Part shown: positions 40,401-51,972 of the stretch, piece by piece
Position numbering within the stretch: position 1 is the stretch's first letter
Layout of the letters: every line of letters begins with the position of its first letter
Assembly: GCA_038087875.1 (NCBI GenBank)
Contig: CM075980.1
Span: 47,492,001 to 47,556,000, forward strand
Length of the DNA: 64,000 nt
Source of the DNA: Malacoraja senta
Taxonomy: Eukaryota
Direction of reading: 5' to 3'
The notes under the pieces: generated by a model
What the model saw: only the letters and a program-made list of their open reading frames with translations
Database searches by the model: none
What the model was told of the DNA's origin: nothing
Program-made: the position numbers and the translations under genes

Positions 40401-41464
40401 CTGTCAACATGGAAAGTCATTTAAAAGAAAGACTTGATCTTGACGGGTTGTAGCGTAGCTGGTAATAAATTACTTCTGGAAACCTTATTGCTCATTTTGC
40501 ATGAAAAACATCCTACTGTGGTAACTAATTTTAATGCTAAACAATAAATAGGCATTCAATAACATCTATAATTCTGTCTCCATGGTCACAGTGTAATATA
40601 TCATGGCGCAGCGATAGGCTTGCATGTTATTTAAATTGATTTATTGTTAATTTACTCTCAGGAAATGATAAATATACCATTAAATTTAATTTCCTCTTCA
40701 ATTAAATACATATGTTACTCAGTTTACTTTGGTTAGTATAAAATATCTCCAAACCCAACTTCTACTAGTCTAAAAAATGATTAAAAATCAAAATAGCGAT
40801 ATGGTGGAGTTATTTTAAATGCGTCACAGACCGCACATTTACTTATCCCATCTTAAATTATTTATATTCTCAACCAAATAGAAACTTTAGCATTACTGAA
40901 TGATTTTTTTTATAATAGATTACTGGAAGTGGGTGTCATTAGCAGAGCCAGTACTAATACCCTTCAGAAACTAATGGCAAAGCATATGTTCAAATGCACT
41001 GTCGTCTCTGGTGAATGCCTCAGTGCTGTTAAACAAGTAACTCAAAGTTTTCAATATTGATGATGAAGGAATGGTGTTATATTTCCAAGTTTGCATATTA
41101 TATCACGTGGAGAGCAATTTGGAGGTGGTGGTGTTCCCATTTGCCTGCTGCATTTGGATAATGGAATTATTGTGGTGTGTAATTTTTTTTAAAGAAAAAT
41201 AGGCTTTAACAAACTGCTATACTGCATCTTGTAGATGGCAAATGCTGCAGTGTCAGTGCACAGATAATGAAAGAAGTGCATGTTTATCTTAATAGTGTCG
41301 GACATTCTGATCGTGTGAGCTACTTTTCTCTTAATGGTAGTCAATCTCTTCAACATTGTTGAAACTGCAATTATCCACAAGGAAGAGAGGTTTTCATCAT
41401 ACCCCAGACTTTATACTTAGTGGATGGCAAAATAATGTTATTGGCTGTGAGGTGAGAGACAGTT

Positions 41465-41911
41465 GACGGCACGGAAAGATGGCACCCGGGAAAGGCTTGG
41501 TTAGCACCCCAGTCTGTGTCTTTCGTGAGAAAGTCACCCAATAAAGCTATAGAAAGGCCTAATGGACCACCGTGGCCTAAAAATCCATCAGGCGAGAATG
41601 AAATGATCGGAGAAGGAGAAAGGTGCAACGCACAGGCCTTGAACCTGGTGAGATGCAGGAGGAGCCCGGCCAGGACTCACCCCACAGAGCCCGGTCCCTC
41701 CACGCACTAGAATCACCCAACCCCTGCAGAGTAGTTATTAAGATGGCTGATCCGTGGGCGGCTGCTGCTGCTGGGACGCAAGTCGGGGCCTGATCAACCC
41801 CAACTGGGTCACCTGGGCGAGGGTGTCTGATGTTGTGAGACCCGAAACACCTGATGACCCCAGATCACATCACTGAGGATGCGTCCCAGCGCATCTAGAT
41901 GTATATTTTTC
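41465..41911 (+). mobile_element. Internally deleted HERO (R2-Hero/NeSL-group)-like retrotransposon derivative
   Basis: GC-rich insert; RGLKIHQARMK at 41571-41603 (half of a C2H2 finger) and QRTGLEPGEMQEEPGQDSPHRARSLH resemble HERO N-termini; joined directly to a HERO-like 3' UTR gctgctgggacgcaagtcggggcctgatc...gacccgaaacacc...gcgtcccagcgcatc; possible TSD acagtt at 41459-41464 and 41912-41917. Confidence 0.65.
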
Positions 41912-42221
41912 ACAGTTATTGCAGGTTATCATGTCTCTGGTCTGCTTTTACATCTATAGAACTTGGAGCTGGTCCAGTTGCATTTCTGGACAACTGCAAC
42001 TTTGTTTTTAGACTTGAGGGTGGTAATGCTACAGAGTGGCAGGAGTAAGTCGCCATTGCCTTGCATTTGTGTATTGACTATTACTTGGCAATAAACAGCC
42101 CAAACCCACATCTTGGCCATACTATTTGCAGACATAAATTGGTCGACTATTTCAGGCATTAAGGATGAATACAATAAGTATCCCCATTTCTCCTCCACTG
42201 TCACAATTACCTTCCTTTAGA

Positions 42222-42703
42222 GGGGGGAGAAGGGGGGAGAAGGGGGGAGAAGGGGGGAGAAGGAGTGGAGACAACTTTTAAGAAGCCAGAGATACACAGC
42301 TGTGAAGCTCGGCGGACATTAAGATTACCGGTCGGTTATCCTTGGTTCTGAAAACTACTGCTTACGTTTGTTTTTCCCAATGAGCCAATGAAATTCATCG
42401 GCTACAACCTACGAGAACCTATGACAACCTTTGACCTCCTGCCAACCCACTACCACTGCTCCTACTGCACGAGAATTCTCGTCACTCTCCATGGCGGCTT
42501 CATTCTAGTCACCGCTACTTTTTCAACATGTTGAAAAATTCACGGCAACCATAATGAGGCCGCGACTAGTTCCCAGAATACGGGAACTCCTCATGACCAT
42601 GAAGGCGACTCCCCGGCAACCACCCGCGAACATGTGGCGACTATGTGGTGACCGTATAGTCTCCTGCAGTCGCCTAAAAAGTCACCTAAGTGGGACAGGC
42701 CCA
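42222..42703 (-). mobile_element. One-ended copy of the longer MITE at 62324-63270
   Basis: Reverse complement of ~62324-62800; ends in aagtgggacaggccca|taa; truncated at a (GGGGGAGAAG)n run. Confidence 0.85.
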
Positions 42704-44824
42704 TAAGTCACTTATCAGGTAAATTGTCATCATAGCATCTGAGAATAGTGACCAATCTGAAAGACATGTTCCACTGGCCCAATCAACCAAGAGCATCATA
42801 GACAACTATTCCAGACTCATTCATCATTTACCTGAATAACAGCTCTGCAAGCTTTGAATTCTAATAGCTGCACAGGGCTTGGAACTCTCCTAATAACAAT
42901 ATTAAGTAAACACCCAATTGTCTATCTTCTTCCTCTATACAAAGGAGAACATAAGGGACAAAGCTGATTATTATCAAAACTGCCATCTGATGTCTTTTTT
43001 ACCACGGTCCTCATTATTATAGATGCCAGTATCTACCAATTCAGTGTGAAAACACTTCAATGTTATTCTACCAGACACCTGAGTGGTCTAGGCTCAGTAA
43101 AACATGTGCAGCCCAATAACATGGTAAAACTGTGCAAGAACGAGCAACTGCTTTTATGAAGATGTGTTAGTACAACAGTGACTGCTATCTGTCCAACAAT
43201 ACACCAAAGTCCTCTGAAAGAATCTATCTTTTAAATAACTGATAAAGTTGACGGCCAATTGACAGCTATAACTCTTCCTACACAATTGATAAGGGATGCA
43301 AGAGATTATTAATGGCCTCACCAAGCAGAATCTACTTGCAAACCACCAATGTTGTTTCTATCAGAATATTGAATGTTCACATTCCAATATAATCTTAGTC
43401 CAGGTGCAAAATTGAGTTGTAAAGCAATGGAAGCAACTATCTTTCATAGCAAAGGATCCTTTGGCCAAGATGCCACCAAGGAACAGCAAAATAACTGGTG
43501 GGATTTATCAACAGGGCTTGGAATTACATCTAATTTAAAGAAACGTTGGTCATTAGAATTCAAGAACATCACTGCCTGTTTCATACAAATATCTTTCCTT
43601 TATCTGACATAGGGTTTGAACTTTCAGCTTCAATTGTTAGTAATTGAAAGAGCGCCCACAGGTTGGTATTACCATGTTTCGTTATATTTTTACACACCCA
43701 TTTTATAACATCAACCATGTATTTGCTTGAAAAATGTTCTCAAAATCTAGAATATTTAAATACATTGCTAACTAATCACTTTTATTTGTCAATAGGTAAT
43801 AGACTGTTGTAGATAGACTGTGTAGTAACACTACATGGAAGAAATCCTGGAATAATAAAACTTTGCAGCAAAGGCAAATTGGATGGCTCAGATATTATCA
43901 TTGGCACTATCAATACAGTTGCAACTTATTATGGAAGTTAAAAGATGATGCATTTGCCTATAGAAACAACTTACTCCTCTGTTATTAGGTTTGTAAATGC
44001 TCCCTCCATAAGCTGGGGTACTGTCTGATTCACCTCTACTCCATTGCAGACGTTGCTCTTGTCTATGGAACTGGTGCACTACAATGCTGAGAACCATATT
44101 CTGCACTGTGTGGTTTCCCCTTTGCTCTATCTATTATACTTGTACTTGAGGTTGGGTTGATTGCACATTTATTATTGTATTATCTGATCTTATTGGTAGC
44201 ATGCAAATCAAAGCTTTTCACTGTACCTCAGTACACATGACACAAAACCAACACAGTTTAGCAAAACAATGGTTACACACCAAGTAATTCAAAGCCTATT
44301 CTTAAAGTGGAGCTCGTTGGTGAACTTTCCTCAGTATTCAAACTGCACTTCCTGAAGCGGTGAAACAGGCCATAGTGGTTCCCAGCAAGTGTTGCTCAAC
44401 TAGACCGTGATAATAACTTGAGAAAAATAATATATGAATCACATAAGTGGCAGTTAGTGATAGCATTGAACCCATCTTCATTTCATAATCAGAATTACAA
44501 AGCAAGATTCCATAAGTGGGTCAACCCTTGCTTCACAGTAGGGGAACAGATATCAATATCAACTTTCTGGCTTTCCAATCACAGTCCTAAGGTAAATAAA
44601 CTATTTAGTTCAAGATTAATTATGCATCTTGTCAGTGTGAAGATCTTGATTATGTTCTAGTTCCCAATAAGTATGAAACTAATTCAATGAGGCTTGCACA
44701 AATAATTAACTATGTTAAATCATAAAGCCATCTTTACACCCAAAATCTCACTCCTGCAAATTGCCATCTTTTTGAAGCCTTGATACACAAACTGCACACA
44801 ATATTCCAAGGACGATTGCACTTA

Positions 44825-45216
44825 AGGGCCTGTCCCACTTTCCCGAGTTATTCACGAATTCTCCTGAGTTATTCACGAATTCTCCCGAGTTTTCAAACTC
44901 GCAGAATGTTCGTAACCAGTCCGTAGGAGGCCATAGGAGTCCGTGGACTTATTGTAACGGCTCGTTATGCCTTCCGTAGGTACTCGGGGCATCAGGTAAG
45001 TCAGGACGTTTTTTCCAGCCTGATGAAAAATGTCCACGAGTAAAAAAATAGCCCCGAGTACCTACGGCTGGCATAACGAGCCGCTACAGTATATCAATGG
45101 ACTCCTACCGCCTCCTACGGACTCGTTACGAACATTCTGCGAGTTTGAAAACTCGGGAGAATTTGTGAATAACTCAGGAGAATTTGTGAATAACTCGGGA
45201 AAGTGGGACAGGCCCT
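44825..45216. mobile_element. Palindromic MITE, same terminal family as 31509-31821
   Basis: agggcctgtcccactt... / ...aagtgggacaggccct; inverted arms ~165 bp; flanks TTA and TAA. Confidence 0.9.
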
Positions 45217-46405
45217 TAATGTGATTTTTGCATCTTTAGGATTTGGGACACCTTGTTAATGACAATGACCTGATACTTTGATCCAAATCATTAAAGATAG
45301 CAGCTAAAATATCTCACTGGGAATATGCATAAACATTCTTTTGATGATCACTTAGAGTTACAACTTCATTTATTGTGAAGAGTAATGTTGTGTGACTTTA
45401 AAGAAATAATGATAAAAAGGGGAATCATAACCATTTCTCTCTCACAAATGCCATATCACCATCAGAATAGTTACTAACCATTAGTGCAGCTGAGCAATTT
45501 AAATTGAATCACCAGTTTTAGTGAATATGGTAAAAATATATATACGTGTAATAAAATTAATTTAGTATGTATTTGTACTTTTCTTATATTTGGCAGTTCA
45601 CATATATGAGCAATTCAACTCAGTTTTAGTATTTTTGTTTCTTTGACAGTCAGAAACATTTAGGATATTTCTGACATGTTTGACAGCCAGCTAAGCTAAT
45701 GGTTGTCTGTCAAATATTTGTTCTGCTTTTCCTAACCTACACTTCCAAATTCCCTTAAACACTTCCTTTCCCCATGGTGAGACAGTAATGTTACGACAAT
45801 TTCAGGAAGGGATTTCTCACTGGGGAAATTGACAACATGTACAGATATGATGTAGGTAAGTACATGGCACTCCCCACTCACTGTAAACCAAACAGAACTG
45901 TATAACATATATCTCTTGTCCTTAGCTAAGCTGTGCATAAAACATGTTAACCTATATTTGCTTTAGCACATAGAATAATACAGTACAGAAACAGACCTTT
46001 CAGCCCAACTCATCGATGCTGACAAAGATGCCTATCATATGCCAGGCATTTTCCTGCCTTGGGCCCCACATTAAATGTAGAGAAGTACAGCACAAGAACA
46101 GGCCTCTCGGCCCACATCTCAATTCCTTTCCTATCCATGAACCTGTCCAGATGTCTTTTTAACATTTTACCTGCCTCTACCACCTCCTCAGGCAGCTCAT
46201 TCCATATACCACATACTCTGTATGACAAACATACCCCTCAGATCCCATCTATATCTATTCCTTCTCACCTTAAATCTCTAGTTTCAGACTCCCCTATCGA
46301 AGAATGTGATTTTCTGCTCTATCTGTGCCCCTTATAATCTTATAAACCTCTATAAGATCATCCCCCAGCCTCCTTCACTCCAAAGCAAACAAACCCAGCA
46401 GATCA

Positions 46406-46478
46406 GCCGAAATAGCTCAGTTGGGAGAGCGTTACCCTGAAGATCTAAATGTCCATGGTTCAATCCCAGGTTTCAGCA
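46406..46478 (+). pseudogene. tRNA-Phe(GAA) pseudogene
   Basis: 73 nt gccgaaatagctcagttgggagagcgttaccctgaagatctaaatgtccatggttcaatcccaggtttcagca; about 7 differences from the vertebrate tRNA-Phe as I recall it, three being CpG decay; anticodon stem disrupted. Confidence 0.9.
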
Positions 46479-46496
46479 ATACTGGTGTTTATTTCT

Positions 46497-46607
46497 GGGA
46501 GAGGCAAGAGAATGGGGTTAGGAGGGAGAGATAGATCAGCCATGATTAAATGACGGAGTAGACTTGATGGACTGAATGGCCTCCTTCTGCTCCTATCACT
46601 AATGAAC
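46497..46607 (+). mobile_element. CR1 3' tail fused downstream of the tRNA-Phe copy
   Basis: gggagaggcaagagaatggggttagg...gatcagccatgatt...gagtagacttgatggactgaatggcctccttctgctcctatcac. Confidence 0.8.
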
Positions 46608-47164
46608 ATGCTTATCTAACCTCGCCTTTTAACTCAAGCCTTCCAGTCCAGCCAACATGCCTGTGATTTCTTTCTGTACCCTCTCTAACTTAATCACATC
46701 CTCCCATAGCAGGGCATCCAGAACTGCACACAATCACAGCCCTCTTCACAATCAGTAACGTTTAGTAAGTGAAAAATATCATTAAAATATATTGAATTGA
46801 TGCAATAGTTCCCATCTGACCAGTTAGCTACATATATAACAACAATTTAAAGGACCATAACTACCCATTAACGTATTTGATGACATCAAGTGCACAGCCA
46901 AATATTGACAAGAGTCTTTGCCTGACTGAATTATACATGTGGGCATAACAACTTGCAAAAAATGAACAGGAAAAAAATCATAAATTCCTCATCTGCTACA
47001 TTCAATAAAATCTAGCTGTTCCTGCATATCATTCACATCCCTACGTACCACCCATTTCTATTAAAATTGACTGATCTCCACTTTCAAAGTATTCAATGAC
47101 AAAACATCCCACAGTCCACAGGAAGAATCACAGAATTTTTGAAATTATCCTAATCCTAAATGTT

Positions 47165-47710
47165 GACAGTTGCATCAGGATACAAATGACAGGAAAAAGG
47201 AAGCATGGAAAGCAAAGGGAGCCAGCCCTGATCTTAAGGGGATATGGAGAAAGAGTGGAAAGGTGGTAGCCCCCTGTTGCATTAGGCAGACCCTGATGGA
47301 ATGGACCATGCTGGAAGGTAGGCCATGGACCACCTAATCAAGAAGGATTGGTGGTAATCAGGGGTCGGAAGAGACATAGCCAAATATTGTCAATGGTGTG
47401 TCAAGTGCGCACAGTATAATCCTGGGCCCCCCTGTGAAAATCAGTATAGCACAGCATCCAAGGCCCTAGAGGAGCAGCAACAAAAATGGGTAGATGTGTG
47501 ACCTACGGTCTTGATAAACCACCAACCGGATTATTAACCTATGAACTAATGACGGGACAAGCAATGCAATTACCACATGGGATGGTTATGGGGGAGAGGA
47601 AGTAGGACCAGTAAGGACTGGACATGCAAGTATGTAGTGGAACATAGCAGTCAGTTAAAGGGAATGAGACATCAAGTACGAGAGAGGCAAGAAGAAGTTG
47701 ACAGAAGTTG
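47165..47710 (+). mobile_element. Endogenous retrovirus / LTR-element pol relic (integrase N- and C-terminal parts)
   Basis: EAWKAKGA...GIWRKSGKVVAP; HAGR*...WW*SGVGRDIAKYCQWCVKCAQYNPG (HHCC finger remnant); PTGLLTYELMTGQAMQLP (integrase TGxSPxELxxGR motif); stops and frameshifts present. Confidence 0.75.
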
Positions 47711-48149
47711 ACTCCTTATCCTGACATTATGTCCTGAAGCTCCTTGACTATGTTTCATTGGGATCTCCTCTTGGCCTTCTAAACTCCAATGAGTATAGAC
47801 GAACCTTATTGCAATATCTTTTCCCCAGCATTTATTGAACCTACATTGCACCGACTCCTACACCCTGTACACCCAGTTTCAGCAGAGGAGAGACTAATGA
47901 AGAGATTGATTGTAAACAGCAATTTTTCCTATTAATTGTGTCATTGGACATTCATGCTACTTGAAGCAAAAAGTTTACATAATACCCTCAACATCTGCTT
48001 ACATTGGGGGGTGTAGATTAAGAATGCATTCAGTCTTTATCCACAGGAAGGGAAATTAAAAAAAACTAAAGGGCATTATCTATAACCAGATAATAATAGT
48101 GCAAACTGGAGTATGTAGTGTAACCTAAATAAAGTCCATAGTAAACAAT

Positions 48150-48632
48150 AGGCAATAGACAATAGGTGCATGAGTAGGCCATTCGGCCCTTTGAGCCAGC
48201 ACTGCCATTCAATGGGATCATGGCTGATCATCCCCATCAGTACCCCGTTCCTGCCTTCTCTCTATATCCCCTGACTCCACCATCTTTAAGAGCCCTATCT
48301 AGCTCTCTCTTGAAAGTATCCAGAGAACCGGCCTCCGCCACCCTCTGAGGCAGAGAATTCCACAGACTCACAATGCTCTGTGTGAAAAAATGTTTCCTCA
48401 TCTCCGTTCTAAATTGCTTACCCCTGATTCTTGAACTATGGCCCCTGGTTCTGGACTCCCCCAACATCAGGAACATGTTTCCTGCCTCTCGTGTGTCCAA
48501 ACCCTTAATAATCTTGTATGTTTCAATAAGATCCCCTCTAATCCTTCTAAATTCCAGAGTGTACAAGCCCAGCCACTCCATTCTCTCAGCATATGACAGT
48601 CCCGCCATCCCTGGAATTAACCTGGTGAACCT
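48150..48632 (-). mobile_element. Relatively young 5'-truncated CR1 LINE
   Basis: Uninterrupted RFTRLIPGMAGLSYAERMEWLGLYTLEFRRIRGDLIETYKIIKG...LWNSLPQ...AGTGY*; repeated caatag tail; possible TSD aacaat (48144-48149 and 48633-48638). Confidence 0.9.
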
Positions 48633-48639
48633 AACAATT

Positions 48640-49105
48640 ATTAAGGAGATCATTGCTGAGAAGGGTTGTGGTTTCGGCTTGTACAGGGTGGTTCAAGAAC
48701 TTGATGGTTGTAGGAAACAAGCTGTCTTGAACCCAAGGGTCACGATTCTCAGGCTCCTACATCCTGTCCCCATTTGTAGCAGTGACATGAGAGCATGGCC
48801 AGGGTGGTGTGGGTCTTGGATGATATTCACTGTCTTTTTCAGATAATAATAATAATAATAATAAATTTTATTTATGGGTGCCTCCTGTAGATCCCTTCAG
48901 TGCTGGGAAGGTCAAAACACATAATGGACCTGCAGTCTCCTTTATTCTTGTGCACTCAAGTTACCGAACCAGGCTGTGACACAACCAGTGAATATGCTCT
49001 CTGTTGTACACCAGTACAAGTTCAATCGAGTATTGGATGAATGCCAAACATCCTCAATCTCCTAAGGAAGTAGAGATATTGATGAGCTTTCTTTAAAGTT
49101 GCATG
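48640..49105 (-). mobile_element. Rex1-like LINE fragment
   Basis: Minus strand IIQDPHHPGHALMSLLQMGTGCRSLR resembles the Rex1 C-terminus. Confidence 0.65.
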
Positions 49106-51972
49106 TCTAGAGTAGACAACAGTGCCCCTGAAAAGCATTCACATCTTATCAACTTGGAATACATCCAGTGCAGCATGTTGTCAGTATATCAGCTGCAGGA
49201 GCTCACACCAAGTTATTTGTAGAAATCTCTCAATACCACCATGGGTTTTTCTGCCCAGCACATTCTTTGGCATAACCTCCCCCTTTTTTACCTCAACTCT
49301 GCAAAAATGTTCTATTCATTTACTGAAGTAATCACTCCACTAATTACCTGGCCCGGTCATAGATAAGAAAGGCCTGTTGTGAATATTCAGTAAGGCACAC
49401 ATGGAATCGATGGTACACACATCAAATGTGCTGATGTAACTTTTCCTCTTCAACCTCCTCGTGCTGCAGAGATAAACACTTTGAGGAAGGTCAACAAGGA
49501 GGACCAATTACAGTTACACTCAATTAGGCATCTTTCTGTCTTTGCCTCATGTTTTGCAGGTCTATAATGTTCAATAATGTATCTAGTTGTTGGATATTAC
49601 AAAGAGAAAGCAAGTCCTCAATGTTGTTAATAATTGTTTTCATTGCATGACCTATCAGGAGGCTTGGACAAGTGCTCTGAAGTTTGACTTGTTTAACTTT
49701 ACATTGTTGCCATGGGGATATATCTGCATAAAGCTCTCTTGCTCAAAGCTATGGTCTCTGAGAAAACCTTGAATCATGTCCAAAACCACATAGCAAGACT
49801 ATTTTTTTAAAGTACATGTAGGGCACTAAAGCTGAAGAGAGCAGGTCCTTATTTGTTTTTGCAGATGCCCAACACACTGCTATCAGGGTGGGTCACCATT
49901 CTCAAGTCTTGGTCAGTGGGAAATATAGACAAGATTTGAGCTTGCATTGCTTTCAAACTTCATTCTTCATAGTTCCACACATCTCAACAATTACAAAATT
50001 AGAAAATTTAATCTACATTCTTGATTTGAAATGGGATTCATTATGCCTTGTGATTCAAATGCCTTGTATACAAATAACTTCCTGAATTGTGTCCAGAAGA
50101 TTTCTATTCTTTTAACACATCCTACAAATTCCAGGTATGAATATTTTACATTATATTCACATGGGAACAGAGGGAAAGAAAATAGGTCACCTAAATATAT
50201 TTCACATTAGAGAAAAAAAATGGCTAAGAGACAAATGTTCCAGATATTCAAACTGACTCCTAATTATTTCTGCAGCCCACATGTGATGGGAGTAGTTCAA
50301 TCAAACGCAGCTTAACTAATATTAGATTTAAAGCTATACTCACAATCCAGATTAAAAAATTAATCTGGATTGTTAAACTGATATTTTGGGACAATGCATT
50401 ATATCAAATTAATTCATGCATAAATACTAAATGTGCTTATTCAATATTCTTGTTTGCGCTGTTGTCACTCAAATGTTAATCTGTTCTTAATCAACAGGTT
50501 AACAAACTACTGTCGTTTGTACTAATAAAACTACTAATGTATCAAGCACAGATACTAATGCGCAAAATCCCATGATCCAGATACCAATGAGACAGATGGA
50601 TGGAAGTGTATCTTGTGTTATATCTGCTAAACATGCAATCTATGGGTATCAACCACTCATCGATAGCTGTCCAAGTCCTACTGCAAGCTATTTGAATGGA
50701 AGACAGCAAATACTGTAGTAAATTAATAACTTGCTTGCTTAAATTTGTTAAATTCTATGTTGTAAAAATAAGACCATATATTCTGCTATATTCTGCTGTA
50801 TTGATTGGGCATTGGGCCAGGGTGACCCATTTTTAGGGTGGAAGCATCTCTTAGTGCAGAGATAAAGCTGCATCTCTGACATTGTTAAAGTGATGTGAAA
50901 GTAACCTAATTTCCAGTTAAAAATAGGCCTGTGAACAGGGAGCAATTACAGCACTGCAGAATAGTAGGACATGACTTTGTAACTGTATTCCCCATATCAC
51001 TGCATGAGCCAATCCTTGAAGTGCTGCCATGGGAAACTTTGAAGTATAGGCCAGTCATTTCCCAACTGATGGGACTGTAACTAGGCTCTCCCATGTACTG
51101 TACATCTCAGCAGCTACTTACAACACCACTGGCGGTACAGATGCAACTACCAGTCTTCAGTCTGAGTCGGTGCGTGACCTAGATATTCCAGAGAAGAAAT
51201 ATATTACAGAAAGTTTCATCCAGAAAGATAGCAACCACTAGGAGGTCTACATTAAAAGTAATTGTGCCTATTTCCAGATATAAAATGTACAAAGATATGA
51301 CAAATTTAACGGGGCCGATACTCATACCCAAATTGTAACACTATTCAGGCCACTGCCAAATTAGACGTAGCCTTATTTAAACATCTCAGAAAGCAGGGGA
51401 TCATCTAGCCTTCACAATTCATTTCAAAGCTGCTTCCATCTCATTCTCCAGTTCACTTACTCCCTTTCAGGTATCTCTGTGCACAGATTCAGCAGAAAAG
51501 ACCCAACATGGCAACCACTCCCCGACTTTTCTTTCCATTACCATTCCAACCAGTTTTTGATCAGTAAGTCATGTTAGAAATACCCTTAGACCATTCACCT
51601 TTCAAACAAGAAAAGGAAAAGTCATGGAGACATACGAGACTGCTGAAGCTGAAATCTTGAACTGAACACAAAGTGCTGGAGGAACTCAGCAGGTCAAACA
51701 GCATCTGCAGAAGGAATGGACAAGTGGTATTTCAGGGTGCAGCCATACATCAGACCAATGGAAATAAAAATATAAACTGAAGAAAAACATATTTCTCCCA
51801 ACTCATCAGTCCCATCTTCTTCAAACAATAGGATGCAATTGACCTGTTCCCCTACTTGCATTTTTTTCAGCTTATTCTAAAAATGTGCTATTCTTTGTCT
51901 GTAAAATGTAAAATTGCAAGTTTTGAAATTAATTGCAACTTCCTAATTTTGGAAGAGTTAACTTATTTAAAA

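Larger units (their letters stand above)
45970..46732 (-). mobile_element. CR1 3' fragments (nested), hosting the tRNA-Phe chimera
   Basis: RVCGIWNELPEEVVEAGKMLKRHLDRFMDRKG; the CR1 sequence aaacccagc|ttatctaacc is split by the insert at ~46400-46610. Confidence 0.8.

Noticed and set aside
45740-45861. Possible exon ending at tag|gtaagt
   Set aside because: There are stops in the upstream frames and no convincing acceptor; an isolated donor-like hexamer is expected by chance.
46406-46478. Functional tRNA-Phe gene
   Set aside because: The anticodon stem and other stems carry mismatches with CpG decay, and the copy sits inside a retrotransposed block.
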